Assembly (NCBI GenBank): GCA_964057225.1
Contig: OZ059894.1
Span: 11,842,001 to 11,906,000, forward strand
Source of the DNA: Auanema rhodensis
Taxonomy: Eukaryota > Animalia > Nematoda
DNA length: 64,000 bases
Reading direction: 5' to 3'
In this document: positions 1-12,077 of the stretch, piece by piece
Layout of the letters: the number at the start of each line of letters is the position of its first letter
How positions within the stretch are numbered: position 1 is the first letter of the stretch
Notes under the pieces: generated by a model
Told to the model about the DNA's origin: nothing
Seen by the model: only the letters and a program-made list of their open reading frames with translations
Database searches by the model: none
Program-made: the position numbers and the translations under genes

Positions 1-810
1 TAAAAAGTCCAATCAAGAGAGAAATTTTTTCAACACATAGTTGTTTTTTTTTTAAATATCATTGTTTTTCCTCATAACTCGGTTTAAACTCGTTCTAACC
101 CGTTGAAATACGTCTAGAAAGTCTTTATAACATGCATATGTATGATAGAACTTCATATTTATTGTAATAGAAAATTTTATTTTCAGACGTCTTGGTTAAC
201 AATGATATGTTTTACCCCCTTATAATTTTTATCATAATGTTCCTTATACGGAACGCTCAATGAAACTTGCTTCCAGAAAAATTTCTTTCTATTTTTTCTT
301 CATATGTACGTAGATACTATAGAGAACTATGATAGAAAACTTTAACATTCACGAAATCATCATTTCTCATTACGCTACGGAGGTTTAAAAAGCTGTGTTT
401 TACCTTATAATAGACCGGAAAACCCTTGTGTTAAAACTGGACCGTTTTTACACATATAAAAATGTCCCGTATTCGGGACCCTAATGTAACTTTTGATTCC
501 CTATATTTTTTTTCATGAAATTTACAATCTACTGTAGAAAGAAGAATTATTTTTATAAAAACTGTAAATTTTTGAAAAATGAAAACAAAACGAAAACAAA
601 AACAACTTTTTTTTGAACATTTTCTCACACAAGGGTCCCCCCTTACCTACTTTTTTTCTCATTACTCGTTTCAACCTCATCCGATCACTCTGCAAACATG
701 TTTAATCGTTCTAACTTGTTGAAATACGTCTTAAAAGTCTAAACAACATGCATATGCATAATAGAAACCACCCGAATAGGCCCCCACGCACTAAACGAGA
801 TATATACATT

Positions 811-1040
811 ACCAGTATAGTAATAGAACACATATTGAAGATTAATTCGATAAGAACAATTTATTGACGTAGAGAATGTTTGTTCCGAAAAACTACAATA
901 TTAAACTATAAAAGTAACAAAAGCGTAGAGGCAGCAAAGACATGAATAAACATAAATGTAAATACAGAATTACCAGGTAGTACATAAGTATGACAAAAAA
1001 TTATAAGAAAGCCATGAAAATAGAAGGTTTGTGAACAAAT
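811..1040 (-). mobile_element. Decayed relic of the 788-bp element family with a U2 nt 39-79 fragment (present in every standard unit)
   Basis: 811-820 matches the element's right end (10/10), 821-861 matches U2 nt 39-79 (36/41) and 862-905 matches the element's left end (38/44). Patchy similarity continues to about 1040. Confidence 0.8.
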
Positions 1041-1176
1041 GAGAGGTACATCTTTGATCGTATAGTCATTTCTAAACCGTTCGTATGCTGCAGCATCGTC
1101 ATAAGCGTCACTCAAGTTGAATTTCCATGTGTACTACACGATTTTCATTCTTATTGTTACATTCTTTCCCTGAGGG

Positions 1177-1362
1177 AATGGGCCGTTCCCGCCAGCAGTG
1201 CAAGAGCGGGTCGACCCGTGAGGTGGAGCTAGCAAGCCAGCATCTACCTCAAGTCTCAAAAATCGGTTAACCTTATTGTGAACCAATGGAACACATATCG
1301 AAGGTTAATTCGATAAGAACGATTACTACACTTTGATCTTAGCCAAAAGGCCGAGAAGCGAT
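1177..1362 (-). ncRNA. U2: U2 spliceosomal snRNA (unit 1)
   Basis: Minus strand reads AUCGCUUCUCGGCCUUUUGGCUAAGAUCAAAGUGUAGUA. It has stem IIa UAUCGAA-UUAACC-UUCGAUA with downstream complement GGUUAA, Sm site AUUUUUG, stem III and stem IV with a UUGCAC loop. About 186 nt; 3' end approximate. Confidence 0.97.
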
Positions 1363-1794
1363 ACAGCATAGCCATGAGTATCAAAGACATCAAGCAAATG
1401 TATCGTACTTGTTACGAGTGCACTCTCTCATTTGAATATAAAAGTGTGGTTTGACAATCTTGACTGTACAGGTCATAAATGGCTCATATAAACTGTGGAT
1501 TTACTCAACTTTTGGACTTATTTTTTTCTTATTCGAAGCGCTGCACTTTTTTCTATTCTTTTTATTCAAATACTTGTATATAGTTTTATATGTACGGTTG
1601 CAAAGTTTCCGAATATTTTATATATTTTTATACAATAATTAGGAGAAGGTTAATACAATGAAATCTCCCAACTTTACAGTGTTTGTATTGCTTACAGTAT
1701 CTAGAACAACCACTCTTGTAATATTAGAGCACATATCAATCAACAACTTTTTCTAGTTATCAAAGCTTTTTTATTTCTTCAAGATATTTCAAAT

Positions 1795-1805
1795 AAAATA
1801 TAAAA
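1795..1805 (-). terminator. Pol III oligo-T terminator after 5S (representative of all copies)
   Basis: Minus strand TTTT-ATA-TTTT directly at the 5S 3' end, with the first T shared with the gene. Confidence 0.75.
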
Positions 1806-1923
1806 GCTTACGACACCCGGGATTCCCAAGCCGTCTCCGATCCAAGTACTAACCGGGCCCAACGTTGCTTGACTTGCCAGATCGGACGGGATGGCGTACT
1901 TTCAACGTGGTATGGTCGTAAGC
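1805..1923 (-). rRNA. 5S rRNA (unit 1, A)
   Basis: Minus strand GCUUACGACCAUACCACGUUGAAAGUACGCCAUCCCGUCCGAUCUGGCAAGUCAAGC...GUUAGUACUUGGAUCGGAGACGGCUUGGGAAUCCCGGGUGUCGUAAGCU. 119 nt, terminal helix pairs, nematode-like sequence. Confidence 0.98.
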
Positions 1924-1946
1924 AATGTTATATTCTTCATTATCAG

Positions 1947-1951
1947 TTATA
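1947..1951 (-). promoter_or_regulatory. TATA-like element at -28 to -24 of 5S (representative)
   Basis: Minus-strand TATAA at the same position upstream of both 5S-A and 5S-B; the AT-rich background limits confidence. Confidence 0.4.
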
Positions 1952-2164
1952 TCACTCTAAATCTTGTTGTTAATAGTTAGGACCACAAAGAAAACAACAG
2001 GAACAGTAACAAATGAAATGCCCAAACTTTACAGTGTTCGAGTTATTTACAGTATCTAAGACTACCTCTGTCGTGTTATTAGAGCAAACATTCGATTAAC
2101 AACAACTTTTTTTTAGTTATCAAAGCTTTTTTATTTCTTCAAAAAATTTCAAATAAAATATAAA

Positions 2165-2283
2165 AGCTTACGACACCCGGGATTCCCAAGCCGTCTCCGA
2201 TCCAAGTACTAACCGGGCCCAACGTTGCTTGACTTGCCAGATCGGACGGGATGGCGTACTTTCAACGTGGTATGGTCGTAAGC
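2165..2283 (-). rRNA. 5S rRNA (unit 1, B)
   Basis: Same as 1805-1923. Confidence 0.97.
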
Positions 2284-2425
2284 AATGTCATATTCTTCAT
2301 TATCAGTTATATCACTCTAAATCTTGTTGTTAATAGATACGACCACAAAGAAAACAACAGGAACAGTAACAATAACAAAAAAAATTTTTTTTTCACCTAT
2401 GTGTCTAAAGGTTAGCCATGTATCC

Positions 2426-2428
<3 letters not shown>

Positions 2429-2477
<49 letters not shown>
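2429..2477. repeat. (TA)n microsatellite, one per unit, variable length
   Basis: Perfect TA run between tatccgt and caacagta; length differs among units (short at ~12342-12366, long at ~9855-9907). Confidence 0.98.
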
Positions 2478-2479
<2 letters not shown>

Positions 2480-3659
2480 ACAGTAAAAAGTCCAATCAAG
2501 AGAGAAATTTTTTCAACACATAGTTGTTTTTTTTTTAAATATCATTGTTTTTCCTCATAACTCGGTTTAAACTCGTTCTAACCCGTTGAAATACGTCTAG
2601 AAAGTCTTTATAACATGCATATGTATGATAGAACTTCATATTTATTGTAATAGAAAATTTTATTTTCAGACGTCTTGGTTAACAATGATATGTTTTACCC
2701 CCTTATAATTTTTATCATAATGTTCCTTATACGGAACGCTCAATGAAACTTGCTTCCAGAAAAATTTCTTTCTATTTTTTCTTCATATGTACGTAGATAC
2801 TATAGAGAACTATGATAGAAAACTTTAACATTCACGAAATCATCATTTCTCATTACGCTACGGAGGTTTAAAAAGCTGTGTTTTACCTTATAATAGACCG
2901 GAAAACCCTTGTGTTAAAACTGGACCGTTTTTACACATATAAAAATGTCCCGTATTCGGGACCCTAATGTAACTTTTGATTCCCTATATTTTTTTTCATG
3001 AAATTTACAATCTACTGTAGAAAGAAGAATTATTTTTATAAAAACTGTAAATTTTTGAAAAATGAAAACAAAACGAAAACAAAAACAACTTTTTTTTGAA
3101 CATTTTCTCACACAAGGGTCCCCCCTTACCTACTTTTTTTCTCATTACTCGTTTCAACCTCATCCGATCACTCTGCAAACATGTTTAATCGTTCTAACTT
3201 GTTGAAATACGTCTTAAAAGTCTAAACAACATGCATATGCATAATAGAAACCACCCGAATAGGCCCCCACGCACTAAACGAGATATATACATTACCAGTA
3301 TAGTAATAGAACACATATTGAAGATTAATTCGATAAGAACAATTTATTGACGTAGAGAATGTTTGTTCCGAAAAACTACAATATTAAACTATAAAAGTAA
3401 CAAAAGCGTAGAGGCAGCAAAGACATGAATAAACATAAATGTAAATACAGAATTACCAGGTAGTACATAAGTATGACAAAAAATTATAAGAAAGCCATGA
3501 AAATAGAAGGTTTGTGAACAAATGAGAGGTACATCTTTGATCGTATAGTCATTTCTAAACCGTTCGTATGCTGCAGCATCGTCATAAGCGTCACTCAAGT
3601 TGAATTTCCATGTGTACTACACGATTTTCATTCTTATTGTTACATTCTTTCCCTGAGGG

Positions 3660-3845
3660 AATGGGCCGTTCCCGCCAGCAGTGCAAGAGCGGGTCGACCC
3701 GTGAGGTGGAGCTAGCAAGCCAGCATCTACCTCAAGTCTCAAAAATCGGTTAACCTTATTGTGAACCAATGGAACACATATCGAAGGTTAATTCGATAAG
3801 AACGATTACTACACTTTGATCTTAGCCAAAAGGCCGAGAAGCGAT
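3660..3845 (-). ncRNA. U2: U2 snRNA
   Basis: Same sequence as 1177-1362. Confidence 0.96.
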
Positions 3846-4287
3846 ACAGCATAGCCATGAGTATCAAAGACATCAAGCAAATGTATCGTACTTGTTACGA
3901 GTGCACTCTCTCATTTGAATATAAAAGTGTGGTTTGACAATCTTGACTGTACAGGTCATAAATGGCTCATATAAACTGTGGATTTACTCAACTTTTGGAC
4001 TTATTTTTTTCTTATTCGAAGCGCTGCACTTTTTTCTATTCTTTTTATTCAAATACTTGTATATAGTTTTATATGTACGGTTGCAAAGTTTCCGAATATT
4101 TTATATATTTTTATACAATAATTAGGAGAAGGTTAATACAATGAAATCTCCCAACTTTACAGTGTTTGTATTGCTTACAGTATCTAGAACAACCACTCTT
4201 GTAATATTAGAGCACATATCAATCAACAACTTTTTCTAGTTATCAAAGCTTTTTTATTTCTTCAAGATATTTCAAATAAAATATAAA

Positions 4288-4406
4288 AGCTTACGACACC
4301 CGGGATTCCCAAGCCGTCTCCGATCCAAGTACTAACCGGGCCCAACGTTGCTTGACTTGCCAGATCGGACGGGATGGCGTACTTTCAACGTGGTATGGTC
4401 GTAAGC
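4288..4406 (-). rRNA. 5S rRNA
   Basis: Same as 1805-1923. Confidence 0.97.
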
Positions 4407-4647
4407 AATGTTATATTCTTCATTATCAGTTATATCACTCTAAATCTTGTTGTTAATAGTTAGGACCACAAAGAAAACAACAGGAACAGTAACAAATGAA
4501 ATGCCCAAACTTTACAGTGTTCGAGTTATTTACAGTATCTAAGACTACCTCTGTCGTGTTATTAGAGCAAACATTCGATTAACAACAACTTTTTTTTAGT
4601 TATCAAAGCTTTTTTATTTCTTCAAAAAATTTCAAATAAAATATAAA

Positions 4648-4765
4648 AGCTTACGACACCCGGGATTCCCAAGCCGTCTCGATCCAAGTACTAACCGGGC
4701 CCAACGTTGCTTGACTTGCCAGATCGGACGGGATGGCGTACTTTCAACGTGGTATGGTCGTAAGC
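4648..4765 (-). rRNA. 5S rRNA with a 1-nt deletion
   Basis: gtctcgatcc instead of gtctccgatcc at 4680; variant or sequencing error. Confidence 0.9.
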
Positions 4766-4907
4766 AATGTCATATTCTTCATTATCAGTTATATCACTCT
4801 AAATCTTGTTGTTAATAGATACGACCACAAAGAAAACAACAGGAACAGTAACAATAACAAAAAAAATTTTTTTTTCACCTATGTGTCTAAAGGTTAGCCA
4901 TGTATCC

Positions 4908-4945
<38 letters not shown>

Positions 4946-6125
4946 ACAGTAAAAAGTCCAATCAAGAGAGAAATTTTTTCAACACATAGTTGTTTTTTTT
5001 TTAAATATCATTGTTTTTCCTCATAACTCGGTTTAAACTCGTTCTAACCCGTTGAAATACGTCTAGAAAGTCTTTATAACATGCATATGTATGATAGAAC
5101 TTCATATTTATTGTAATAGAAAATTTTATTTTCAGACGTCTTGGTTAACAATGATATGTTTTACCCCCTTATAATTTTTATCATAATGTTCCTTATACGG
5201 AACGCTCAATGAAACTTGCTTCCAGAAAAATTTCTTTCTATTTTTTCTTCATATGTACGTAGATACTATAGAGAACTATGATAGAAAACTTTAACATTCA
5301 CGAAATCATCATTTCTCATTACGCTACGGAGGTTTAAAAAGCTGTGTTTTACCTTATAATAGACCGGAAAACCCTTGTGTTAAAACTGGACCGTTTTTAC
5401 ACATATAAAAATGTCCCGTATTCGGGACCCTAATGTAACTTTTGATTCCCTATATTTTTTTTCATGAAATTTACAATCTACTGTAGAAAGAAGAATTATT
5501 TTTATAAAAACTGTAAATTTTTGAAAAATGAAAACAAAACGAAAACAAAAACAACTTTTTTTTGAACATTTTCTCACACAAGGGTCCCCCCTTACCTACT
5601 TTTTTTCTCATTACTCGTTTCAACCTCATCCGATCACTCTGCAAACATGTTTAATCGTTCTAACTTGTTGAAATACGTCTTAAAAGTCTAAACAACATGC
5701 ATATGCATAATAGAAACCACCCGAATAGGCCCCCACGCACTAAACGAGATATATACATTACCAGTATAGTAATAGAACACATATTGAAGATTAATTCGAT
5801 AAGAACAATTTATTGACGTAGAGAATGTTTGTTCCGAAAAACTACAATATTAAACTATAAAAGTAACAAAAGCGTAGAGGCAGCAAAGACATGAATAAAC
5901 ATAAATGTAAATACAGAATTACCAGGTAGTACATAAGTATGACAAAAAATTATAAGAAAGCCATGAAAATAGAAGGTTTGTGAACAAATGAGAGGTACAT
6001 CTTTGATCGTATAGTCATTTCTAAACCGTTCGTATGCTGCAGCATCGTCATAAGCGTCACTCAAGTTGAATTTCCATGTGTACTACACGATTTTCATTCT
6101 TATTGTTACATTCTTTCCCTGAGGG

Positions 6126-6311
6126 AATGGGCCGTTCCCGCCAGCAGTGCAAGAGCGGGTCGACCCGTGAGGTGGAGCTAGCAAGCCAGCATCTACCTCA
6201 AGTCTCAAAAATCGGTTAACCTTATTGTGAACCAATGGAACACATATCGAAGGTTAATTCGATAAGAACGATTACTACACTTTGATCTTAGCCAAAAGGC
6301 CGAGAAGCGAT
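6126..6311 (-). ncRNA. U2: U2 snRNA
   Basis: Same sequence as 1177-1362. Confidence 0.96.
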
Positions 6312-6753
6312 ACAGCATAGCCATGAGTATCAAAGACATCAAGCAAATGTATCGTACTTGTTACGAGTGCACTCTCTCATTTGAATATAAAAGTGTGGTT
6401 TGACAATCTTGACTGTACAGGTCATAAATGGCTCATATAAACTGTGGATTTACTCAACTTTTGGACTTATTTTTTTCTTATTCGAAGCGCTGCACTTTTT
6501 TCTATTCTTTTTATTCAAATACTTGTATATAGTTTTATATGTACGGTTGCAAAGTTTCCGAATATTTTATATATTTTTATACAATAATTAGGAGAAGGTT
6601 AATACAATGAAATCTCCCAACTTTACAGTGTTTGTATTGCTTACAGTATCTAGAACAACCACTCTTGTAATATTAGAGCACATATCAATCAACAACTTTT
6701 TCTAGTTATCAAAGCTTTTTTATTTCTTCAAGATATTTCAAATAAAATATAAA

Positions 6754-6872
6754 AGCTTACGACACCCGGGATTCCCAAGCCGTCTCCGATCCAAGTACTA
6801 ACCGGGCCCAACGTTGCTTGACTTGCCAGATCGGACGGGATGGCGTACTTTCAACGTGGTATGGTCGTAAGC
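6754..6872 (-). rRNA. 5S rRNA
   Basis: Same as 1805-1923. Confidence 0.97.
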
Positions 6873-7113
6873 AATGTTATATTCTTCATTATCAGTTATA
6901 TCACTCTAAATCTTGTTGTTAATAGTTAGGACCACAAAGAAAACAACAGGAACAGTAACAAATGAAATGCCCAAACTTTACAGTGTTCGAGTTATTTACA
7001 GTATCTAAGACTACCTCTGTCGTGTTATTAGAGCAAACATTCGATTAACAACAACTTTTTTTTAGTTATCAAAGCTTTTTTATTTCTTCAAAAAATTTCA
7101 AATAAAATATAAA

Positions 7114-7232
7114 AGCTTACGACACCCGGGATTCCCAAGCCGTCTCCGATCCAAGTACTAACCGGGCCCAACGTTGCTTGACTTGCCAGATCGGACGGGA
7201 TGGCGTACTTTCAACGTGGTATGGTCGTAAGC
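7114..7232 (-). rRNA. 5S rRNA
   Basis: Same as 1805-1923. Confidence 0.97.
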
Positions 7233-7374
7233 AATGTCATATTCTTCATTATCAGTTATATCACTCTAAATCTTGTTGTTAATAGATACGACCACAAAGA
7301 AAACAACAGGAACAGTAACAATAACAAAAAAAAATTTTTTTTCACCTATGTGTCTAAAGGTTAGCCATGTATCC

Positions 7375-7422
<48 letters not shown>

Positions 7423-8602
7423 ACAGTAAAAAGTCCAATCAAGAGAGAAATTTTTTCAACACATAGTTGTTTTTTTTTTAAATATCATTGTTTTTCCTCA
7501 TAACTCGGTTTAAACTCGTTCTAACCCGTTGAAATACGTCTAGAAAGTCTTTATAACATGCATATGTATGATAGAACTTCATATTTATTGTAATAGAAAA
7601 TTTTATTTTCAGACGTCTTGGTTAACAATGATATGTTTTACCCCCTTATAATTTTTATCATAATGTTCCTTATACGGAACGCTCAATGAAACTTGCTTCC
7701 AGAAAAATTTCTTTCTATTTTTTCTTCATATGTACGTAGATACTATAGAGAACTATGATAGAAAACTTTAACATTCACGAAATCATCATTTCTCATTACG
7801 CTACGGAGGTTTAAAAAGCTGTGTTTTACCTTATAATAGACCGGAAAACCCTTGTGTTAAAACTGGACCGTTTTTACACATATAAAAATGTCCCGTATTC
7901 GGGACCCTAATGTAACTTTTGATTCCCTATATTTTTTTTCATGAAATTTACAATCTACTGTAGAAAGAAGAATTATTTTTATAAAAACTGTAAATTTTTG
8001 AAAAATGAAAACAAAACGAAAACAAAAACAACTTTTTTTTGAACATTTTCTCACACAAGGGTCCCCCCTTACCTACTTTTTTTCTCATTACTCGTTTCAA
8101 CCTCATCCGATCACTCTGCAAACATGTTTAATCGTTCTAACTTGTTGAAATACGTCTTAAAAGTCTAAACAACATGCATATGCATAATAGAAACCACCCG
8201 AATAGGCCCCCACGCACTAAACGAGATATATACATTACCAGTATAGTAATAGAACACATATTGAAGATTAATTCGATAAGAACAATTTATTGACGTAGAG
8301 AATGTTTGTTCCGAAAAACTACAATATTAAACTATAAAAGTAACAAAAGCGTAGAGGCAGCAAAGACATGAATAAACATAAATGTAAATACAGAATTACC
8401 AGGTAGTACATAAGTATGACAAAAAATTATAAGAAAGCCATGAAAATAGAAGGTTTGTGAACAAATGAGAGGTACATCTTTGATCGTATAGTCATTTCTA
8501 AACCGTTCGTATGCTGCAGCATCGTCATAAGCGTCACTCAAGTTGAATTTCCATGTGTACTACACGATTTTCATTCTTATTGTTACATTCTTTCCCTGAG
8601 GG

Positions 8603-8788
8603 AATGGGCCGTTCCCGCCAGCAGTGCAAGAGCGGGTCGACCCGTGAGGTGGAGCTAGCAAGCCAGCATCTACCTCAAGTCTCAAAAATCGGTTAACCTT
8701 ATTGTGAACCAATGGAACACATATCGAAGGTTAATTCGATAAGAACGATTACTACACTTTGATCTTAGCCAAAAGGCCGAGAAGCGAT
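8603..8788 (-). ncRNA. U2: U2 snRNA
   Basis: Same sequence as 1177-1362. Confidence 0.96.
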
Positions 8789-9230
8789 ACAGCATAGCCA
8801 TGAGTATCAAAGACATCAAGCAAATGTATCGTACTTGTTACGAGTGCACTCTCTCATTTGAATATAAAAGTGTGGTTTGACAATCTTGACTGTACAGGTC
8901 ATAAATGGCTCATATAAACTGTGGATTTACTCAACTTTTGGACTTATTTTTTTCTTATTCGAAGCGCTGCACTTTTTTCTATTCTTTTTATTCAAATACT
9001 TGTATATAGTTTTATATGTACGGTTGCAAAGTTTCCGAATATTTTATATATTTTTATACAATAATTAGGAGAAGGTTAATACAATGAAATCTCCCAACTT
9101 TACAGTGTTTGTATTGCTTACAGTATCTAGAACAACCACTCTTGTAATATTAGAGCACATATCAATCAACAACTTTTTCTAGTTATCAAAGCTTTTTTAT
9201 TTCTTCAAGATATTTCAAATAAAATATAAA

Positions 9231-9349
9231 AGCTTACGACACCCGGGATTCCCAAGCCGTCTCCGATCCAAGTACTAACCGGGCCCAACGTTGCTTGACT
9301 TGCCAGATCGGACGGGATGGCGTACTTTCAACGTGGTATGGTCGTAAGC
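9231..9349 (-). rRNA. 5S rRNA
   Basis: Same as 1805-1923. Confidence 0.97.
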
Positions 9350-9590
9350 AATGTTATATTCTTCATTATCAGTTATATCACTCTAAATCTTGTTGTTAAT
9401 AGTTAGGACCACAAAGAAAACAACAGGAACAGTAACAAATGAAATGCCCAAACTTTACAGTGTTCGAGTTATTTACAGTATCTAAGACTACCTCTGTCGT
9501 GTTATTAGAGCAAACATTCGATTAACAACAACTTTTTTTTAGTTATCAAAGCTTTTTTATTTCTTCAAAAAATTTCAAATAAAATATAAA

Positions 9591-9709
9591 AGCTTACGAC
9601 ACCCGGGATTCCCAAGCCGTCTCCGATCCAAGTACTAACCGGGCCCAACGTTGCTTGACTTGCCAGATCGGACGGGATGGCGTACTTTCAACGTGGTATG
9701 GTCGTAAGC
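9591..9709 (-). rRNA. 5S rRNA
   Basis: Same as 1805-1923. Confidence 0.97.
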
Positions 9710-9851
9710 AATGTCATATTCTTCATTATCAGTTATATCACTCTAAATCTTGTTGTTAATAGATACGACCACAAAGAAAACAACAGGAACAGTAACAATA
9801 ACAAAAAAAATTTTTTTTTCACCTATGTGTCTAAAGGTTAGCCATGTATCC

Positions 9852-9909
<58 letters not shown>

Positions 9910-11089
9910 ACAGTAAAAAGTCCAATCAAGAGAGAAATTTTTTCAACACATAGTTGTTTTTTTTTTAAATATCATTGTTTTTCCTCATAACTCGGTTTAA
10001 ACTCGTTCTAACCCGTTGAAATACGTCTAGAAAGTCTTTATAACATGCATATGTATGATAGAACTTCATATTTATTGTAATAGAAAATTTTATTTTCAGA
10101 CGTCTTGGTTAACAATGATATGTTTTACCCCCTTATAATTTTTATCATAATGTTCCTTATACGGAACGCTCAATGAAACTTGCTTCCAGAAAAATTTCTT
10201 TCTATTTTTTCTTCATATGTACGTAGATACTATAGAGAACTATGATAGAAAACTTTAACATTCACGAAATCATCATTTCTCATTACGCTACGGAGGTTTA
10301 AAAAGCTGTGTTTTACCTTATAATAGACCGGAAAACCCTTGTGTTAAAACTGGACCGTTTTTACACATATAAAAATGTCCCGTATTCGGGACCCTAATGT
10401 AACTTTTGATTCCCTATATTTTTTTTCATGAAATTTACAATCTACTGTAGAAAGAAGAATTATTTTTATAAAAACTGTAAATTTTTGAAAAATGAAAACA
10501 AAACGAAAACAAAAACAACTTTTTTTTGAACATTTTCTCACACAAGGGTCCCCCCTTACCTACTTTTTTTCTCATTACTCGTTTCAACCTCATCCGATCA
10601 CTCTGCAAACATGTTTAATCGTTCTAACTTGTTGAAATACGTCTTAAAAGTCTAAACAACATGCATATGCATAATAGAAACCACCCGAATAGGCCCCCAC
10701 GCACTAAACGAGATATATACATTACCAGTATAGTAATAGAACACATATTGAAGATTAATTCGATAAGAACAATTTATTGACGTAGAGAATGTTTGTTCCG
10801 AAAAACTACAATATTAAACTATAAAAGTAACAAAAGCGTAGAGGCAGCAAAGACATGAATAAACATAAATGTAAATACAGAATTACCAGGTAGTACATAA
10901 GTATGACAAAAAATTATAAGAAAGCCATGAAAATAGAAGGTTTGTGAACAAATGAGAGGTACATCTTTGATCGTATAGTCATTTCTAAACCGTTCGTATG
11001 CTGCAGCATCGTCATAAGCGTCACTCAAGTTGAATTTCCATGTGTACTACACGATTTTCATTCTTATTGTTACATTCTTTCCCTGAGGG

Positions 11090-11275
11090 AATGGGCCGTT
11101 CCCGCCAGCAGTGCAAGAGCGGGTCGACCCGTGAGGTGGAGCTAGCAAGCCAGCATCTACCTCAAGTCTCAAAAATCGGTTAACCTTATTGTGAACCAAT
11201 GGAACACATATCGAAGGTTAATTCGATAAGAACGATTACTACACTTTGATCTTAGCCAAAAGGCCGAGAAGCGAT
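11090..11275 (-). ncRNA. U2: U2 snRNA
   Basis: Same sequence as 1177-1362. Confidence 0.96.
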
Positions 11276-11717
11276 ACAGCATAGCCATGAGTATCAAAGA
11301 CATCAAGCAAATGTATCGTACTTGTTACGAGTGCACTCTCTCATTTGAATATAAAAGTGTGGTTTGACAATCTTGACTGTACAGGTCATAAATGGCTCAT
11401 ATAAACTGTGGATTTACTCAACTTTTGGACTTATTTTTTTCTTATTCGAAGCGCTGCACTTTTTTCTATTCTTTTTATTCAAATACTTGTATATAGTTTT
11501 ATATGTACGGTTGCAAAGTTTCCGAATATTTTATATATTTTTATACAATAATTAGGAGAAGGTTAATACAATGAAATCTCCCAACTTTACAGTGTTTGTA
11601 TTGCTTACAGTATCTAGAACAACCACTCTTGTAATATTAGAGCACATATCAATCAACAACTTTTTCTAGTTATCAAAGCTTTTTTATTTCTTCAAGATAT
11701 TTCAAATAAAATATAAA

Positions 11718-11836
11718 AGCTTACGACACCCGGGATTCCCAAGCCGTCTCCGATCCAAGTACTAACCGGGCCCAACGTTGCTTGACTTGCCAGATCGGAC
11801 GGGATGGCGTACTTTCAACGTGGTATGGTCGTAAGC
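11718..11836 (-). rRNA. 5S rRNA
   Basis: Same as 1805-1923. Confidence 0.97.
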
Positions 11837-12077
11837 AATGTTATATTCTTCATTATCAGTTATATCACTCTAAATCTTGTTGTTAATAGTTAGGACCACA
11901 AAGAAAACAACAGGAACAGTAACAAATGAAATGCCCAAACTTTACAGTGTTCGAGTTATTTACAGTATCTAAGACTACCTCTGTCGTGTTATTAGAGCAA
12001 ACATTCGATTAACAACAACTTTTTTTTAGTTATCAAAGCTTTTTTATTTCTTCAAAAAATTTCAAATAAAATATAAA

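Larger units (their letters stand above)
1657..2372. repeat. Internal ~360-bp duplication generating 5S-A and 5S-B in each unit
   Basis: aatgaaat..ctttacagtg.. through 5S to ..gaacagtaacaa occurs twice. The genes are identical and the 3'-flanking spacer has diverged. Confidence 0.9.

Noticed and set aside
81-410. GGTTTAAA motifs at ~81 and ~382 as spliced-leader RNA genes
   Set aside because: No 22-nt leader ending in AG followed by a GT donor, and no convincing SL fold or Sm site.
821-1325. 41-bp repeats read as a CRISPR-like array
   Set aside because: The repeat is part of U2, the intervening sequences are homologous element copies rather than unique spacers, and the context is eukaryotic with no cas genes.
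1363-1440. U2 proximal sequence element (PSE)
   Set aside because: Expected here by position, but no motif could be assigned without other snRNA promoters from the same species.
1931-1953. ttcttcattatcagttatatc upstream of 5S resembling vertebrate U2 stem IIa
   Set aside because: Short AT-rich match that does not resemble this organism's own U2; probably chance.
431-2560. Recurring 61-78 aa ORFs in every unit (431-628, 906-1115, 1451-1642, 2324-2560 and their copies)
   Set aside because: Low-complexity translations of AT-rich spacer with non-ATG starts. One runs through the (TA)n tract and changes frame between units. No recognisable domains; the recurrence simply reflects the tandem array.
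4676-4685. 1-nt deletion in one 5S copy as a biological variant
   Set aside because: A singleton loss in a CC dinucleotide that cannot be distinguished from a sequencing error.
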